NCBI GenBank assembly: GCA_021648725.1
Contig: JAKISF010000005.1
Coordinates: 12,375 to 76,374 of the forward strand
Source of the DNA: Bacteroidales bacterium
Lineage (GTDB): Bacteria > Bacteroidota > Bacteroidia > Bacteroidales > JAADGE01
Length of the DNA: 64,000 bases
Direction of reading: 5' to 3'
This document shows positions 52,694-63,147 of the stretch, piece by piece. The position numbers and the translations under genes are program-made. The stretch's first letter is position 1, and each line of letters starts with the position of its first letter. The notes beneath the pieces were generated by a model. The model had not been told where the DNA came from, ran no database searches, and saw only the letters and a program-made list of their open reading frames with translations.

Positions 52694-54133
52694 TTAAAAT
52701 TGAAAATAAATAAATTCTTCTCCTTTTCCTCTGAAAAATATTATTGCTAATATTAGAATAACAAAGTAAGCATATTCTATAATTCTTTTACTTCGCAAAT
52801 TAATATGTTTAATAAAATTAACTCTTTTTATATTGAAGAAAAAGAATGATTCAATTAGAATTCCGACAGATATAAAGAAAATTCCGTTTATAAATACCTT
52901 GTCATTCGGATTAAAATCTTGAACAAAATTAAAGTTCAGAAGGTATTTTGTAACTTGAATTGCTTGCCCAAAGGAATCTGCTCTGAAAAATACCCAAGCA
53001 ATCATTACTTGAAAAAGTACCAAAGCTAATGCAAATATTTTTCCTATTCTGAATTTTAATAAAAACTTCGGTATTTTGAATATTCTTTCTAAACTTAAGA
53101 AAAAAGCGTGTAAGGCTCCCCAAATTACGAATGTCCATGCTGCTCCGTGCCAAAAACCCGAAACAATCATTGTAATCCACATATTTAGATGCCCTCTTAA
53201 TTTTCCCTTTTTTGAACCTCCTATCGGAATATAAACATAATCTTTGAACCAAGTAGATAATGAGATATGCCAACGTGTCCAAAATTCTCTTATCGAAGTT
53301 GAAATATACGGATGATTAAAATTAACTCTGAAATGGAAGCCCATCCATTTTGCCAGCCCTCTCGCAATATCGCTGTAACCGCTGAAATCAAAGTATATTT
53401 GGAATGCAAAACCTATTATTGCAATCCACCAATATAAAGTTGAAGTTGAAGTATTAACATCGCTGAAAGCATAATTTATTAAAGGTGCTATATTATCAGC
53501 TAATACTACTTTTTTAAAAAAACCGACTAATATTAATTTAAAACCGTTCCAATTTTCAAAGTCAGATACTTTTCTTACTTTCTTTAATTGAGGCAGTAAA
53601 TCACGAGCTCTTACAATAGGTCCTGCAACAAGTTGCGGAAACATTGCAAGATATGAGAAAAATTGCAAAATGTTATCGGTAGGTTTTAATCTTCCTCTGT
53701 AAACATCTATTGTGTAGCTCATTGATTGAAATGTGTAGAAACTGATTCCTACGGGAAGAATCAGCATAAATTCGGGAATTTTACTTTTCAGGTCAATTAT
53801 AATTCCGAAATTACTTAACAGCAAACTAATATTTTCCGCAAAAAATGAACTGTATTTAAAAGCCGCAAGACTTCCTAAATTTCCGATTAATGAAAGAATA
53901 AGGAAAAAGGTTTTGTGTTTCGGCTTTTTGAAGATTATTTTTCCGGCAAAAAAATCAATTAATCCGCTTCCGATAATAAGAAATAAGAATCTCCAATCCC
54001 ACCAACCGTAAAAAACAAATGAAGCAAAAGTAAAAAATAACCACCTAAAGTTATTTCTCAACTTATTAATTTGCGGAAGAATAACGAAGAAAAGAAATCC
54101 GAAAATAAGGAAGATTAACGAATTAAAAAGCAT
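52694..54133 (-). CDS. MBOAT-family membrane-bound O-acyltransferase (second copy)
   Basis: 479 aa with FWTRWHISLSTWFKDYVYIPIGGSK and GFWHGAAW. It shares the MLFNS start and the FIYFQF end with 32152..33603. Confidence 0.85.
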   Translation of the reverse strand: MLFNSLIFLIFGFLFFVILPQINKLRNNFRWLFFTFASFVFYGWWDWRFLFLIIGSGLIDFFAGKIIFKKPKHKTFFLILSLIGNLGSLAAFKYSSFFAENISLLLSNFGIIIDLKSKIPEFMLILPVGISFYTFQSMSYTIDVYRGRLKPTDNILQFFSYLAMFPQLVAGPIVRARDLLPQLKKVRKVSDFENWNGFKLILVGFFKKVVLADNIAPLINYAFSDVNTSTSTLYWWIAIIGFAFQIYFDFSGYSDIARGLAKWMGFHFRVNFNHPYISTSIREFWTRWHISLSTWFKDYVYIPIGGSKKGKLRGHLNMWITMIVSGFWHGAAWTFVIWGALHAFFLSLERIFKIPKFLLKFRIGKIFALALVLFQVMIAWVFFRADSFGQAIQVTKYLLNFNFVQDFNPNDKVFINGIFFISVGILIESFFFFNIKRVNFIKHINLRSKRIIEYAYFVILILAIIFFRGKGEEFIYFQF

Positions 54134-54221
54134 AATAAATCATTTGTTTTTAGGATAACAAAAGTAGATAAGAATACCGGATTATAAAATAAAGTTAAAT
54201 TATACTTGTTTATCCGGATGA

Positions 54222-54743
54222 TTATTTTTTATACCAACTTGCATACATGCTGTAGTTATCGGCAATTTTATTTATCATTTCTTTTGTTTGTTCGGGTTCA
54301 ATATCTTTAACTTTTTTTGCGGGAACACCTGCATAAATACTGTTCGGTTCAACTTTTGTTCCTGTTTTCACCATTGCCCCGGCAGCAATTATAGAATTTT
54401 CGCCTATTTCGACATGGTCTAATATTATTGCTCCTATTCCTATAAGAACATTGTTGCTGATTTTTGCTCCGTGAATAACTGCATTATGCCCTACCGAAAC
54501 ATTGTTGCCTATCTCAATTGTCGATTTTTGATATAAAGTATGTAAAGTTGCATTGTCTTGAATATTTACATTATTTCCGATACGAATTGAATTAACATCG
54601 CCTCTTAAAACTGCACTGAACCAGATGCTGCATGTTTCTCCTATTATAACATCACCCACAATTACGGCATTTTCTGCAAAAAAACAATTTTTACCGTATT
54701 TTGGTGCAAAACCTCTTACTGATTTTATTATTGCCATAATCAA
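54222..54743 (-). CDS. Gamma-carbonic-anhydrase-family / hexapeptide-repeat protein
   Basis: 173 aa with left-handed beta-helix repeats. The typical gamma-CA-like pattern is present (VIVGDVIIGE, SIWFSAVLRGD, IQDNATLH, VGHNAVIHG). Confidence 0.75.
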   Translation of the reverse strand: MIMAIIKSVRGFAPKYGKNCFFAENAVIVGDVIIGETCSIWFSAVLRGDVNSIRIGNNVNIQDNATLHTLYQKSTIEIGNNVSVGHNAVIHGAKISNNVLIGIGAIILDHVEIGENSIIAAGAMVKTGTKVEPNSIYAGVPAKKVKDIEPEQTKEMINKIADNYSMYASWYKK

Positions 54744-54766
54744 ATTTGAAATTGTAAAGTTTAAGG

Positions 54767-55762
54767 TTATTCAAGTATCTTTAAAGAATATAAAATTGCT
54801 TCTACTTGTCTTACAAGTTCTCTTTTTTTCTTTTTACCGCCGTATATATATCCGTCAACAGTTACAATTCTGTTTCGTTTTCTGTCAACGGTTGAGTAAT
54901 TTATAAAAGGACCGCCCATAAAAATTCCTTCCGCTTCTCCGCCTATTTTCCATAAACCTCTTATTTCTGTTGTGTATTTACCGTCTTTCATAAATTCTAT
55001 AAATTGCGGGCTGATTAAATCTTCTGTTACCATATATGAGCTGTCGGCAGGACCGGGAACATGAATTTTTGTAATTGAATCTCTTTTTGCAATTAAATTC
55101 TCAAAATGAAACTCACTTGTATCTGTATAAAGATAATCCCAAATTAAAATTCCTTGCGAAGAATATTGTGTTTCTTGACTAATCCATACAAAATCGGAGC
55201 TGTCAACATCAAGATTATAACCTTTAGGAATATTCAAACTTATGTTATGCCCTTTTTCAAGTTGTTTTTTTATGGTTTTGTTTAATAATGTATTCCCGTA
55301 AGCTTTTATAAGTCTGTTACGTTCGGCATTTTTGTATGATGAAAGTATTTTTTCTTTTTGTTTATTGAAAATTTCAATAAAATCTTTATCATCTTTTGCT
55401 CTGACTGATATAATTAATTGAGGTTTAGAATGTTTGTCGTAAGCAATCAGAACTTCCGGCTTTTTTACTTTTGAAGAAATATCAATATAAAGAATATTTC
55501 GGGTTCTTTGCATTATTTTAGAATATGCTTCATTCGGAAGATGAGTGATGTCATACAGAGGCTCAGATTGAGGCAATACTTCATAATCTTGTGTCAGGGT
55601 TTCTTTTACAATTTTTCCCGGTTCTTGTTGCCAAAAATGATTAGGCATAACAACTAATATTTGTCCGGGAGCACCTGTTGAAGACGGTATTATTCGTTCT
55701 GAGTTTTGTTCGCATGCCGCTAAAATGCTTATGATAAATAATGCTAAAAATATGTTTTTCAT
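54767..55762 (-). CDS. Lipoprotein, DUF4837-like
   Basis: 331 aa with lipobox LAAC. The family assignment is from memory of similar Bacteroidota lipoproteins and is weak. Confidence 0.35.
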   Translation of the reverse strand: MKNIFLALFIISILAACEQNSERIIPSSTGAPGQILVVMPNHFWQQEPGKIVKETLTQDYEVLPQSEPLYDITHLPNEAYSKIMQRTRNILYIDISSKVKKPEVLIAYDKHSKPQLIISVRAKDDKDFIEIFNKQKEKILSSYKNAERNRLIKAYGNTLLNKTIKKQLEKGHNISLNIPKGYNLDVDSSDFVWISQETQYSSQGILIWDYLYTDTSEFHFENLIAKRDSITKIHVPGPADSSYMVTEDLISPQFIEFMKDGKYTTEIRGLWKIGGEAEGIFMGGPFINYSTVDRKRNRIVTVDGYIYGGKKKKRELVRQVEAILYSLKILE

Positions 55763-55822
55763 CTTTTATTTTTTAGTAGTTTAATAAAGCAGTACTTTTT
55801 ACATTTTAGTAAGGTGCTTTAA

Positions 55823-55851
55823 TTCAAAAATAGCCGAGTATTGCTCGGCTA
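55823..55851 (-). terminator. Rho-independent terminator after tatA
   Basis: ATAGCCGAG (55829-55837) pairs with CTCGGCTAT (55843-55851). A T-run follows on the minus strand. Confidence 0.6.
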
Positions 55852-55875
55852 TATGAACTTATTTAAAAAAAGATT

Positions 55876-56091
55876 TTATTTTTCCTCTCCGGAATCATCT
55901 TTTTCACTTACAATTTCATCCTCTTTATCTTTTTTCATGTCTTTTGTGGCATTTTTAAACTCTTTCATGCCTTGACCTAAACCTTTCATTAATTCAGGGA
56001 TTTTTCTTCCGCCGAATAACAGAATAACAACAATAACAATTAAAACAATTTGCCACGGACCTAACATTCCTGCTATAATAAACAATGTCAT
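55876..56091 (-). CDS. tatA: Twin-arginine translocase subunit TatA/E
   Basis: 71 aa. A single TM helix is followed by [23 protein letters not shown] and an acidic tail. The internal Met (MLGPWQ) is an alternative start. Confidence 0.85.
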   Translation of the reverse strand: MTLFIIAGMLGPWQIVLIVIVVILLFGGRKIPELMKGLGQGMKEFKNATKDMKKDKEDEIVSEKDDSGEEK

Positions 56092-56145
56092 TTTTTAAGT
56101 TTTTTAATTTCTGCAAATATACTGTAAAAAATAATTAATTTCAGG

Positions 56146-57462
56146 CTAAAACAAGAAATTTACAATATCATTTTTTAATGCAAATGCCATAATTGCTAAT
56201 AATATTACAAATCCTGTAATTTGAGCATATTCTAAAAACTTGTCGCTTGGTTTTCTGCCGCTTATCATTTCGTAAAGTACAAACATTACGTGTCCTCCGT
56301 CGAGAGCAGGAATCGGAAGAATATTAACTACTCCGAGAATAATTGAAAGCAAAGCTGTCATAAACCAAAACGAGTGCCAATCCCAAACAGGAGCAAACAT
56401 GCTTCCTATTGCTCCGAAACTGCCTACTGATTTATATGCTTTTGTTTTAGAATTAAATATTAGTTTGAATTGACGTAAATAATCTTTTACTTCTTTTATT
56501 CCTTTTGAAATACCGGCAGGTATTGATTCAAAGAATGTATAGTTTGTGTGAACTGTTTTTAAATCTCCGAAAGGAACATAACCTACACCTAATTTTCCGG
56601 TGCTGTCAATTTTTGCATTAACGGTAAATTGAGTGTTATTTCTTTCAACCAAAAGTTTTAGTTCGGAATTTTTATGTGTTCTGAAATATTTTACGTATTG
56701 ATCGTGGAAAAGAACGCTTGAATCATTTATTCCGATTAATTTATCGCCTTTTTTTAATCCTATTTTTTCGGGAGCCGACTCCGGCAGTATTGTATCAATA
56801 ATAAATTCATGCCTGGCTTTAATAAAAAGACTTTTATTTGCCAAAATCATTCCTATTTGTTCGTCACTTATTGTAATGTTGACAAATTCACCTTTTCTGT
56901 TAACCTTAACAACCCTGTCGCTTCCGAGAATAATTTCTTTATTTATTTCTTGAAATGTAGAATATTTTACATCATTAACCGAAATAAGTTTATCTCCGTC
57001 TTCAAAACCGATATTATAGGCAACAGAATCAGCAGAAATTCCGTATTTCATATTTTCGACCGGCAAAGAGTCTGTTCCCCAGGTATATAAAACTGCGACG
57101 AAGACTAATCCTGCCAAAATAAAATTCATAATTACACCGCCGAGCATAATTAACAATCTTTGCCAAGCTTTTTTCGACCTGAATTCATGCGGTTGAGGCG
57201 GTTGTTTCATTTGCTCTTTATCCATTGACTCATCAATCATTCCTGATATTTTTACATATCCGCCGAGAGGCAACCAACCTATTCCGTATTCGGTTTCGCC
57301 TCTTTTGATTTTAAATAATGAAAACCACGGGTTAAAAAATAAATAAAATTTTTCAACTCTTGTTTTAAATAATTTTGCAAATGCAAAATGCCCGAATTCA
57401 TGAAGAATAACGAGTATTGATAAACTCAGTAATAATTGTGCTGTTTTTATGAAAAAAACCAT
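56146..57462 (-). CDS. rseP: RIP site-2 metalloprotease RseP
   Basis: 438 aa with HEFGH in TM1, PDZ-like middle domains and a C-terminal NILPIPALDGGH. The conserved position downstream of dxr also fits. Confidence 0.9.
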   Translation of the reverse strand: MVFFIKTAQLLLSLSILVILHEFGHFAFAKLFKTRVEKFYLFFNPWFSLFKIKRGETEYGIGWLPLGGYVKISGMIDESMDKEQMKQPPQPHEFRSKKAWQRLLIMLGGVIMNFILAGLVFVAVLYTWGTDSLPVENMKYGISADSVAYNIGFEDGDKLISVNDVKYSTFQEINKEIILGSDRVVKVNRKGEFVNITISDEQIGMILANKSLFIKARHEFIIDTILPESAPEKIGLKKGDKLIGINDSSVLFHDQYVKYFRTHKNSELKLLVERNNTQFTVNAKIDSTGKLGVGYVPFGDLKTVHTNYTFFESIPAGISKGIKEVKDYLRQFKLIFNSKTKAYKSVGSFGAIGSMFAPVWDWHSFWFMTALLSIILGVVNILPIPALDGGHVMFVLYEMISGRKPSDKFLEYAQITGFVILLAIMAFALKNDIVNFLF

Positions 57463-57467
57463 CTTTT

Positions 57468-58631
57468 TTAAATTTTCTTTATGTTATTAATTAATTCTTT
57501 TGAAATAATTCTTGCTTCCTTATCACATTCAATATAATCATTTAATGACGGAAAGTCGACAAAATTAATTTTATTAATTGTTTTTTCAATAATTTCCGGA
57601 ATTTCTAAGAAATTAATTTTTTCTTTAAGAAAACCGTCAACTGCAATTTCATTTGCCGCATTCATTACACAAGCTGTATTTCCGCCTTTGTTCATTGCAT
57701 CATAAGCAATTTGAATATTTCTGAATTTTATTAAATCAGGTTTTTCAAATGTTAATTCAGGATAATCTAAGAAGTTGAAACGTTTAAAATTATTTTTTAT
57801 TCTGCCGGGATAAGTTAATGCATATTGAATGGGAAGTTTCATATCAGGCAATCCCATTTGAGCTTTCATAGAACCGTCAGTAAATTGCACGATAGAATGA
57901 ATTATAGATTGCGGATGAACGATTATATCAATTTGTTCAGGTTTTAAATTGAAAAGCCATTTTGCTTCAATTGCTTCCAAGCCTTTATTCATCATGCTTG
58001 CCGAATCAATAGTGATTTTTGCTCCCATATCCCAATTCGGATGTTTAAGAGCTTGTTGTTTTGTTACTTTTTTTAGTTCATGTAAACTTTTTGTTCTGAA
58101 AGGACCGCCGGATGCAGTTAAATATATTTTTTCAATTTCATTATTAAATTCTCCCGCCAAGCATTGAAAGATTGCAGAATGTTCCGAATCGACAGGATAA
58201 ATGCTTACATTGTTTTCTTTTATTAAACTTGAAATAATGTCGCCTGCAACAACTAATGTTTCTTTATTTGCAAGGGCAATGTTTTTTTTTGCTTTTATTG
58301 CATTTATTGTGGGTAAAAGACCTGAAAAGCCGACCATTGCAGTTAATACGATATCAATTTCTGATGATTCTACAATTTGCTCAATAGATTTATTGCCGGC
58401 AAAAACTTTAATCGGATATTTTGAAAGTGCACCGGAAACTTTTTTATAATTATCTTCATTTGCAATTACAACTGCATTAGGTTTGAATTCAACAGCTTGT
58501 TTTATAAGTTCATCAGCATTATTATTTGCTGTTAAAACTTCAACGGAAAAATATTTCGAATTATTTTTAATAACTTCAAGCGTTTGTGTTCCGATAGAAC
58601 CTGTTGAGCCGAGTATTGCAATTTTTTTCAT
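57468..58631 (-). CDS. dxr: 1-deoxy-D-xylulose-5-phosphate reductoisomerase
   Basis: 387 aa with ILGSTGSIGTQTL, LANKE, PVDSEHSAIFQC and NKGLE. Confidence 0.95.
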   Translation of the reverse strand: MKKIAILGSTGSIGTQTLEVIKNNSKYFSVEVLTANNNADELIKQAVEFKPNAVVIANEDNYKKVSGALSKYPIKVFAGNKSIEQIVESSEIDIVLTAMVGFSGLLPTINAIKAKKNIALANKETLVVAGDIISSLIKENNVSIYPVDSEHSAIFQCLAGEFNNEIEKIYLTASGGPFRTKSLHELKKVTKQQALKHPNWDMGAKITIDSASMMNKGLEAIEAKWLFNLKPEQIDIIVHPQSIIHSIVQFTDGSMKAQMGLPDMKLPIQYALTYPGRIKNNFKRFNFLDYPELTFEKPDLIKFRNIQIAYDAMNKGGNTACVMNAANEIAVDGFLKEKINFLEIPEIIEKTINKINFVDFPSLNDYIECDKEARIISKELINNIKKI

Positions 58632-58636
58632 AATTT

Positions 58637-59494
58637 TCAGAATGTAATATAATCTCTCGGGTTTGTAGGTGTTCCGTTATGCCACAATTCGAAATGAAGA
58701 TGTTTGCCGCTTGTTTGTTCCCCCGAATTTCCGACAATTGCAATTGATTCTCCCGATTTTACTCTGTCACCTACTTTTTTTAATAATACTGAATTATGTT
58801 TATAAAGAGAAAGCAGATTCCAATTATGTTGAATGCCTATTATGTAGCCGGTTTCAACACTCCATGTTGATAAAATAACCGTACCTGATAATGCTGCAAG
58901 AACAGTTTCGTCATTTCCGGGAACTATATCAATTCCGAAGTGTGATTTTTTTGCATCAAATTCGTTACTTACCAATCCTTTCAAAGGAACAATAAAATGC
59001 AAATTTTTTAACGTTTCTTTTATTTCTTTTATTTGTTCTCCTATAACTCCGGCTTCTGTTTCTTCAAGTTCAGCTCTGATAATTGAATCTAAATTTGAGT
59101 TTCCGAACTCCGATTTTGAGATTACAATTGATGAATCGTTATATAGTTTTTCTACATTAAAAGTATCGGCAGCAATTTTTCCTTGAATAATATTTTTTAT
59201 TTGTGTTAGATATGTTTCTTCCGAAATAATTTTTCTTTCGAGGCTGTCAATCATTAATGATGTTTCTATTACACTGTTTTTTGCTTCCAAGCTTGCTTTT
59301 GAAGGTATTAACAAATTAAGCGGCGTGTAAACCAGAAGTAAAAAAACTAAACCGAATATAATTAAAATACTCGCACCTATCAATGAGAATATTAGCGGTC
59401 TTGAAAATTTTAATGATTTGACTTCTTCAAAAGTATGAGCATCAAAGATTGAAAGATGTAATTTTCTTTTTTGCTTTTTATTAAGTTCTTCCAT
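58637..59494 (-). CDS. M23-family metallopeptidase (membrane-anchored)
   Basis: 285 aa with an N-terminal TM helix. HFGIDI is followed later by GNSGEQTSGKHLHFELW, the LytM-type H-x-x-x-D / H-x-H motif pair. Confidence 0.8.
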   Translation of the reverse strand: MEELNKKQKRKLHLSIFDAHTFEEVKSLKFSRPLIFSLIGASILIIFGLVFLLLVYTPLNLLIPSKASLEAKNSVIETSLMIDSLERKIISEETYLTQIKNIIQGKIAADTFNVEKLYNDSSIVISKSEFGNSNLDSIIRAELEETEAGVIGEQIKEIKETLKNLHFIVPLKGLVSNEFDAKKSHFGIDIVPGNDETVLAALSGTVILSTWSVETGYIIGIQHNWNLLSLYKHNSVLLKKVGDRVKSGESIAIVGNSGEQTSGKHLHFELWHNGTPTNPRDYITF

Positions 59495-59594
59495 GTATAT
59501 TTAAAATAATTTGCAAAAGTATAAAAAAATGTGAGATGTTTTAAGTTTACAATGAAAAATAGTATGTAAAAACATAATGCTTTCGAAGTGAAAA

Positions 59595-60407
59595 TTATAA
59601 AGGTTTTTGCAGGTATAAAAAGTGTTTTTTAAAGAGATTATTTGTTTCCGGTTCATTTTTAAATATACCGTAAACTGTAGCCCCGCTGCCGCTCAATTGT
59701 GCATAAATTGCTCCAATATCATATAAGGTGTCTTTTATTTTTTTTATTTCGGGATAAATTTTAAAAATGCTTGTTTCAAAATCATTTTTTATTATTTTTT
59801 CCCATTTATTAATTGGTTGTTTTATAAGTTCAGTTAATGGTTTTTTAGGTTTATGCGGTTTTATATTTGAAAATGCATCTTTTGTACTGATGTGAATATC
59901 AGGCTTTACAAGTAAAATATAATAAGAACTTAAGTCTAATTCAATATTTGTGAAAATATTGCCTGTACCTTCTGCAAAAACGGGGTTATTTTTTATGAAA
60001 AAAGGACAGTCGCTGCCTAATTTTTGAGCATAATTGATTAATTCTTTACCGGATAAGTTTAATTTAAAACAATTATTTAATGCTTTTAACATAAAGCTTG
60101 CATCAGAAGAACCTCCCCCGAGGCCTGCACCGAGGGGTACAATTTTATGCAGGTGTATATTTAACGGCGGAAGCTTAAAATCAAGTTTCAAAAGTTTATA
60201 TGCTTTCAATACAAGGTTATCAAATTCTGAAGAATCAACTACTATTCCTGTGTTTGTAAATACCGTATTTTTTTTAGTTTCAACAAATTCTAAAATATCA
60301 GATAATGAAACAGGAAAGAAAATAGTTTCTATATTATGAAATCCGTCGGCTCTTTTTTCTGTAATATTCAGTCCTATATTTATTTTTGTATTCGGGAAAA
60401 TCAGCAT
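59595..60407 (-). CDS. ispE: 4-(cytidine 5'-diphospho)-2-C-methyl-D-erythritol kinase
   Basis: 270 aa with KINIGLNI at the N-terminus and the GHMP kinase motif PLGAGLGGGSSDAS. Confidence 0.9.
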   Translation of the reverse strand: MLIFPNTKINIGLNITEKRADGFHNIETIFFPVSLSDILEFVETKKNTVFTNTGIVVDSSEFDNLVLKAYKLLKLDFKLPPLNIHLHKIVPLGAGLGGGSSDASFMLKALNNCFKLNLSGKELINYAQKLGSDCPFFIKNNPVFAEGTGNIFTNIELDLSSYYILLVKPDIHISTKDAFSNIKPHKPKKPLTELIKQPINKWEKIIKNDFETSIFKIYPEIKKIKDTLYDIGAIYAQLSGSGATVYGIFKNEPETNNLFKKHFLYLQKPL

Positions 60408-60551
60408 TATATTTTTTTTCTAACAATAATAATGTGTAATAGTCAGATATTAAATAATTTAAATAAATGTTAATTTATTTAACAACTTTTTGCTTATCAA
60501 ACTTCAAATATAATTAGTAAATTTACAAACTCATTTAAAAACAGAAAATTT

Positions 60552-61505
60552 ATGATTTTACTTGATTTTGAAGAACCTATCGGAATATTGCAAGAGCAAC
60601 TGGAAAAAGCAAAAGACATAGGAGAGCAATCCGGTGTTGATGTTTCTCAAACTATTAAAGATTTGGAAAACAAAATTAATAAAACCAGAAAAAATATTTA
60701 CTCAAGATTAACACCTTGGCAAAGGGTACAGGTATCGCGTCATCCTGAAAGACCTTATACTCTTTCTTATATCAAGGAACTGACAGATGGTGATTTTATT
60801 GAACTGCACGGAGACAGAGGCGTTAAAGACGATAAGGCAATGATTGGCGGTTTCGGAACATTAAACGGTGAAACAGTCATGTTTATCGGACAGCAAAAAG
60901 GCTTTGATACTAAAAGTCGCCAGTACCGTAATTTCGGAATGGCAAACCCCGAAGGCTATCGAAAAGCATTGCGTTTAATGAAATTAGCCGAGAAATTTAA
61001 CAAACCTATTATTACAATTATTGATACACCCGGAGCCTATCCCGGGCTTGAGGCAGAAGAACGAGGTCAAGGAGAAGCCATTGCCAGAAATATTTATGAA
61101 ATGTTTCGTTTAAAAGTACCTGTAATTTGTGTTATTATAGGCGAAGGTGCATCAGGCGGAGCAATAGGTATTGGTGTAGGCGATAAAGTTTTAATGCTTG
61201 AAAATACTTGGTATTCCGTAATTTCTCCTGAGTCATGCTCTTCTATTTTATGGCGATCGTGGGATCATAAAGAGAAAGCAGCTGATGCTTTAAAATTGAC
61301 TTCAGAAGATATGTTGGCAAACGGGTTGGTTGACGGAATTATAGAAGAACCTCTCGGCGGTGCACATGTTAATCCCGAAAAAATATACAAAACAGTTAAA
61401 TATACATTAATTAAAGAATTAGCAGAATTGAAAAAAATGGATGCAGAAGAACGTATTGAAAAAAGAATGCAAAAATATATTAATATCGGCGTTTATAATG
61501 AATAG
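60552..61505 (+). CDS. accA: Acetyl-CoA carboxylase carboxyltransferase alpha subunit
   Basis: 317 aa with [30 protein letters not shown] and IGEGASGGA. Confidence 0.95.
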   Translation: MILLDFEEPIGILQEQLEKAKDIGEQSGVDVSQTIKDLENKINKTRKNIYSRLTPWQRVQVSRHPERPYTLSYIKELTDGDFIELHGDRGVKDDKAMIGGFGTLNGETVMFIGQQKGFDTKSRQYRNFGMANPEGYRKALRLMKLAEKFNKPIITIIDTPGAYPGLEAEERGQGEAIARNIYEMFRLKVPVICVIIGEGASGGAIGIGVGDKVLMLENTWYSVISPESCSSILWRSWDHKEKAADALKLTSEDMLANGLVDGIIEEPLGGAHVNPEKIYKTVKYTLIKELAELKKMDAEERIEKRMQKYINIGVYNE

Positions 61506-61534
61506 CTAATTATCAGCATTACAGATATATACAT

Positions 61535-61562
61535 GAGACAGTCATTTTGACTGTCTCTTTTT
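61535..61562 (+). terminator. Rho-independent terminator after accA
   Basis: GAGACAGTC (61535-61543) pairs perfectly with GACTGTCTC (61549-61557). The loop is 5 nt and TTTTT follows. Confidence 0.7.
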
Positions 61563-61587
61563 AACTAAATAAAATAGAGGTTCTATC

Positions 61588-63129
61588 ATGGCCAAACAAA
61601 CATTCAAAACCTATAATAAAAAAAATCCTGTTTTTGAGATTAACAATCAATTAGGAAAATTACCGCCGCAAGCAACAGATATTGAAATGGATGTTCTCGG
61701 AGGTTTGCTCTTGGAAAGAGGGAAAGATATTGTTGTTCTTGATATTTTAAAACCTGAGAGCTTTTATAAAACCGAACATCAAAAAATATTTCAAGCAATT
61801 TATGATTTATCTGTTGATCACCAGCCGATTGATTATCATACCGTAATTGAAAGATTAAAAAAGAACGGAACATTAGAAGAGGTCGGCGGTCCGGGTTTTG
61901 TCGTAAGCTTATCACAGCGAGTCGGGTCAGCAGCACATATCGAATACCATTCAAAAATTATTGCTGAAAAATACATTCAACGAGAATTGATAAGAGTCAG
62001 TTCGGAAATTCAATCTAGGTCTTATGATGATTCTGAAGATGTTGATGATTTGCTTGAGTTTTCTCAGCAACAAATTTTTGAATTAGCACTGGGCAGTATA
62101 AAAAAAGATGCCATAAGAATTGATTCACTATTAGATGATGCCATACAGCAAATCGAAGATGCGAAAAACAGAGAGGATGGTTTAAGCGGTGTGCCTTCGG
62201 GCTATTCGAGTCTCGACAGAATAACATCCGGTTGGCAAAATTCAGATTTGGTAATTATTGCAGCTCGTCCTTCCATGGGTAAAACGGCATTTGTGCTTTC
62301 AATGGCTCGAAATATGACTGTTAATCACAATAAAACTGTTGCTTTTTTTTCATTAGAGATGTCATCTTTGCAGTTGGTTACAAGATTAATCTCTTCGGAA
62401 ACGGAATTGGGAAGCGAGAAACTGCGGAGCGGAAATCTAAAAGATTACGAATGGCAACAATTGGAAGATAAAATCACTAATCTGGAGAAAGCTCGACTTT
62501 TTATTGACGATACTCCGGCAATCAGTTTATTTGAGTTGAGATCGAAATTAAGAAAATTAAAAACACGTGAACATATTGACTTGGTTGTAATTGATTATTT
62601 ACAACTAATGACCGGCCCGCAAGAAACAAAAGGCAACAGAGAGCAGGAAGTCAGTACAATTTCAAGAGGTTTAAAAGCAATTGCCAAAGAATTAAATTTG
62701 CCGATTATTGCTTTATCTCAGTTAAATCGTTCGGTTGAGATGCGTTCCGGAATGAAAAGACCCCAGTTGTCTGACCTTCGAGAATCCGGTGCCATTGAGC
62801 AAGATGCCGATATCGTTATGTTTATACACAGACCGGAGAAAATGGGTTTAACAGAAGACGAAGCCGGAAATTCAACAAAAGGTTTGGCGGAAATTATTAT
62901 TGCAAAACACAGGAACGGTGCTATAGCTGATGTTCAATTAAGGTTCAGAGAAGAATTTGCTCGTTTTGAAGAACTTAACGAAAGTTTTTTATCTCCCTTA
63001 GAGGAAGCATCCGGAAACGGAAGTGTATCATTCGAATCCAAAATGAATGATGATGAAGATGACGGTTATTTTAACAACTTTGCCAAGAATGATAATTCTG
63101 ACAATAATGACGGAGATGCTCCGTTTTAA
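61588..63129 (+). CDS. dnaB: Replicative DNA helicase DnaB with acidic C-terminal extension
   Basis: 513 aa with Walker A AARPSMGKTAF and Walker B VIDYLQLM, plus SQLNR, ESGAIEQDAD and KHRNG. About 50 extra C-terminal residues end in DNNDGDAPF. Confidence 0.95.
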   Translation: MAKQTFKTYNKKNPVFEINNQLGKLPPQATDIEMDVLGGLLLERGKDIVVLDILKPESFYKTEHQKIFQAIYDLSVDHQPIDYHTVIERLKKNGTLEEVGGPGFVVSLSQRVGSAAHIEYHSKIIAEKYIQRELIRVSSEIQSRSYDDSEDVDDLLEFSQQQIFELALGSIKKDAIRIDSLLDDAIQQIEDAKNREDGLSGVPSGYSSLDRITSGWQNSDLVIIAARPSMGKTAFVLSMARNMTVNHNKTVAFFSLEMSSLQLVTRLISSETELGSEKLRSGNLKDYEWQQLEDKITNLEKARLFIDDTPAISLFELRSKLRKLKTREHIDLVVIDYLQLMTGPQETKGNREQEVSTISRGLKAIAKELNLPIIALSQLNRSVEMRSGMKRPQLSDLRESGAIEQDADIVMFIHRPEKMGLTEDEAGNSTKGLAEIIIAKHRNGAIADVQLRFREEFARFEELNESFLSPLEEASGNGSVSFESKMNDDEDDGYFNNFAKNDNSDNNDGDAPF

Positions 63130-63147
63130 TTGAATATTATTTAATCA

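Noticed and set aside
41632-54133. Reading the whole cluster as a synthase-dependent exopolysaccharide system (Alg/Bcs/Pga-like)
   Set aside because: Neither GT2 has the multi-TM processive-synthase architecture. I saw no co-polymerase, PilZ-type component or TPR-porin. The GT2 plus GT-C plus flippase-like logic fits lipid-carrier-mediated periplasmic glycosylation better. The MBOAT/SGNH pair is compatible with either reading.
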